Source: a virus
Lineage: Duplodnaviria; Heunggongvirae; Uroviricota; Caudoviricetes
IMG/VR virus record: IMGVR_UViG_2878930440_000003
Length of the DNA: 46,548 nt
Strand: one strand, 5' to 3'
Of this stretch, positions 45,349 through 46,548 are shown one piece after another. The notes below the pieces were generated by a model. That model ran no database searches. It saw nothing but the letters and a program-made list of their open reading frames with translations, and was not told where the DNA came from. The stretch's first letter is position 1. Each line of letters opens with the position of its first letter. The translations under genes and the position numbers were made by a program.

Positions 45349-46548
45349 TCAAGCATCGTTCTTCGTTTTTTTTATCAATTCCGTTACATATTCAACAACC
45401 TTTTCGTTTGCCTTATTGATATTCGTAAAGTCCTTTTGAATATAAATATCAGTAACATCTAACTGCGAAACGTGATTGAGTGCTTCGTGAATGGTATACT
45501 TATCAATACCTAGTTTATTTCTTGCTATAGATGCCCAAGTATGACGGGCTGAGTAGAAATCGAAACGAGGAATGCCCAGTTCGTCAGCTATGAAATGCAA
45601 TCCCTTATTTATATGCTTATTGAAATTGGCTGCATTGCTATATTTCTGATAGAAATCAAAGACCCTTGATGTTCCCTTATATTTCCGGAATAAAGGTTTG
45701 ATGATGTCAGGTACGACAATTTCTATGTGGGCATTATCATTTCTCCTATCTCTAGTTTTAGCTCTATCGTAGGCGAGTACGCCCTTATTATAGCTGACAC
45801 ATTCATATATATCAACAGAATTCATTCCCATAAGAAAGAACGAGAGTACATAACAATCCCTTGCCATACCTACACGTCTAGTCCCCTTGAAATTAAATAC
45901 TCTTACAAGGTTCTCTTCACTGATTACCCTATCTTTTGTCTGCGGAATATCCCTCGGAACGGAGAATTTATCAAAAGGATTACTTTGGATAATATTATTT
46001 CCATTCGTATTATATTCTTTAATAGCTTCATTGAAGATATGCCGCATATTGCCCAAGTATAAGGATTGCGCCCTAGGATGACCATCTAGGAATTTCTTAT
46101 ATCCGTTAAGGAATCTGTAGTCTATGAGAGAAAACGGCAGCTTACGGCAACCATTATAGCGTGCAAGGGAATTGAGCATAATCAGATAATTCTTCTTTCC
46201 CTTATTGTCGGATTTCTCAACCCACTCTTCGGTAAAGGAAAAGAAGTCTAAATCCTCTGTCTTGTTGCCTATATCAATCAAATGCTCACATATCCAATCA
46301 ATATCCACATCTTTACCTAGCAAGTCTACCTCTAAGTCATAGAGTGCATCCTTCATAACATTCATTTTATCTTCTATCATCTTCAATATCTTACGTGAAG
46401 AAATCTTTCCGGATCTAGACAAGTCTGAGTCGGAAACAACTATATTGGTAGGAAATCTTTTTCTCTGTCCCTTATGAGAAAGAACAATAGACACCTTTCT
46501 TGTCTTGTCTTGCTTTGGTTTTCCAAGCTCGTATGTTATTGTAGCCAT
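45349..46548 (-). CDS. int: Tyrosine recombinase/integrase (Bacteroidota type with arm-binding N-terminus)
   Basis: GMNSVDI, YDRAKT, FYSARHTWASIA, ALNH, TDIYI motifs. Confidence 0.93.
   Translation of the reverse strand: MATITYELGKPKQDKTRKVSIVLSHKGQRKRFPTNIVVSDSDLSRSGKISSRKILKMIEDKMNVMKDALYDLEVDLLGKDVDIDWICEHLIDIGNKTEDLDFFSFTEEWVEKSDNKGKKNYLIMLNSLARYNGCRKLPFSLIDYRFLNGYKKFLDGHPRAQSLYLGNMRHIFNEAIKEYNTNGNNIIQSNPFDKFSVPRDIPQTKDRVISEENLVRVFNFKGTRRVGMARDCYVLSFFLMGMNSVDIYECVSYNKGVLAYDRAKTRDRRNDNAHIEIVVPDIIKPLFRKYKGTSRVFDFYQKYSNAANFNKHINKGLHFIADELGIPRFDFYSARHTWASIARNKLGIDKYTIHEALNHVSQLDVTDIYIQKDFTNINKANEKVVEYVTELIKKTKNDA

Larger units (their letters stand above)
1..46548. mobile_element. Temperate tailed-phage prophage (partial; continues beyond the left edge), Bacteroidota host
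   Basis: Integrase, TerS/TerL, portal, tail fibre, endolysin/holin/spanin and phage-type small ORFs; a minus-strand ORF (MNATEAKKTL...) is cut at position 1-30. Confidence 0.95.

Noticed and set aside
1-46548. Genome-wide TAG-to-Gln recoding (code 15) as in some Prevotella phages
   Set aside because: Long late genes (2781-aa tail, portal, TerL) have no in-frame TAG, and TAG ends genes cleanly before the next start (319-321, 4395-4397)
1-46548. CRISPR array or canonical tRNA/rRNA genes
   Set aside because: No regularly spaced repeats; the only tRNA-like element lacks a 7-nt anticodon loop and the TTC/CCA consensus
45327-46548. Attachment (att) site near the integrase
   Set aside because: No direct repeat or tRNA 3' end is identifiable inside the window; it probably lies beyond the right edge

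Overview
The whole window is part of a temperate tailed-phage prophage of a Bacteroidota host, probably Prevotella/Segatella-like (inferred from many TAnnTTTG / TTTG-N20-TAnnTTTG promoters and the protein types). It is cut mid-gene on the left and ends at the integrase ATG on the right. From left to right it holds: small early genes with adenine and cytosine DNA methyltransferases, an RNase H and a putative replication protein; a lysis module (u-spanin-like lipoprotein, GH108 endolysin, holins) split by an inverted island; tandem HTH genes; a six-gene operon of unknown function (18035-21005); a HAD phosphatase; tail fibre/tail tip genes; portal, TerL and TerS; a duplicated ParB-like/PAPS-reductase-like cluster; and a tyrosine integrase. 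No capsid, protease, tail tube or tape-measure gene is recognisable, and the portal abuts the tail-tip genes. Main points of interest: (1) the six-gene operon with its own promoter, operator and a zincin peptidase; (2) a co-oriented leader motif GGTGAGACACACC-N5/6-AACTG in six 5' leaders; (3) a CACTT-N7/8-AAGTG box exactly 44 nt upstream of the -7 element of late promoters; (4) a ~450-nt structured non-coding region ending in a tRNA-like fold; (5) a promoter-and-terminator-bounded ~95-nt sRNA candidate; (6) three in-frame stops and a probable deletion junction suggesting prophage decay. All calls were made by eye, with no database search.
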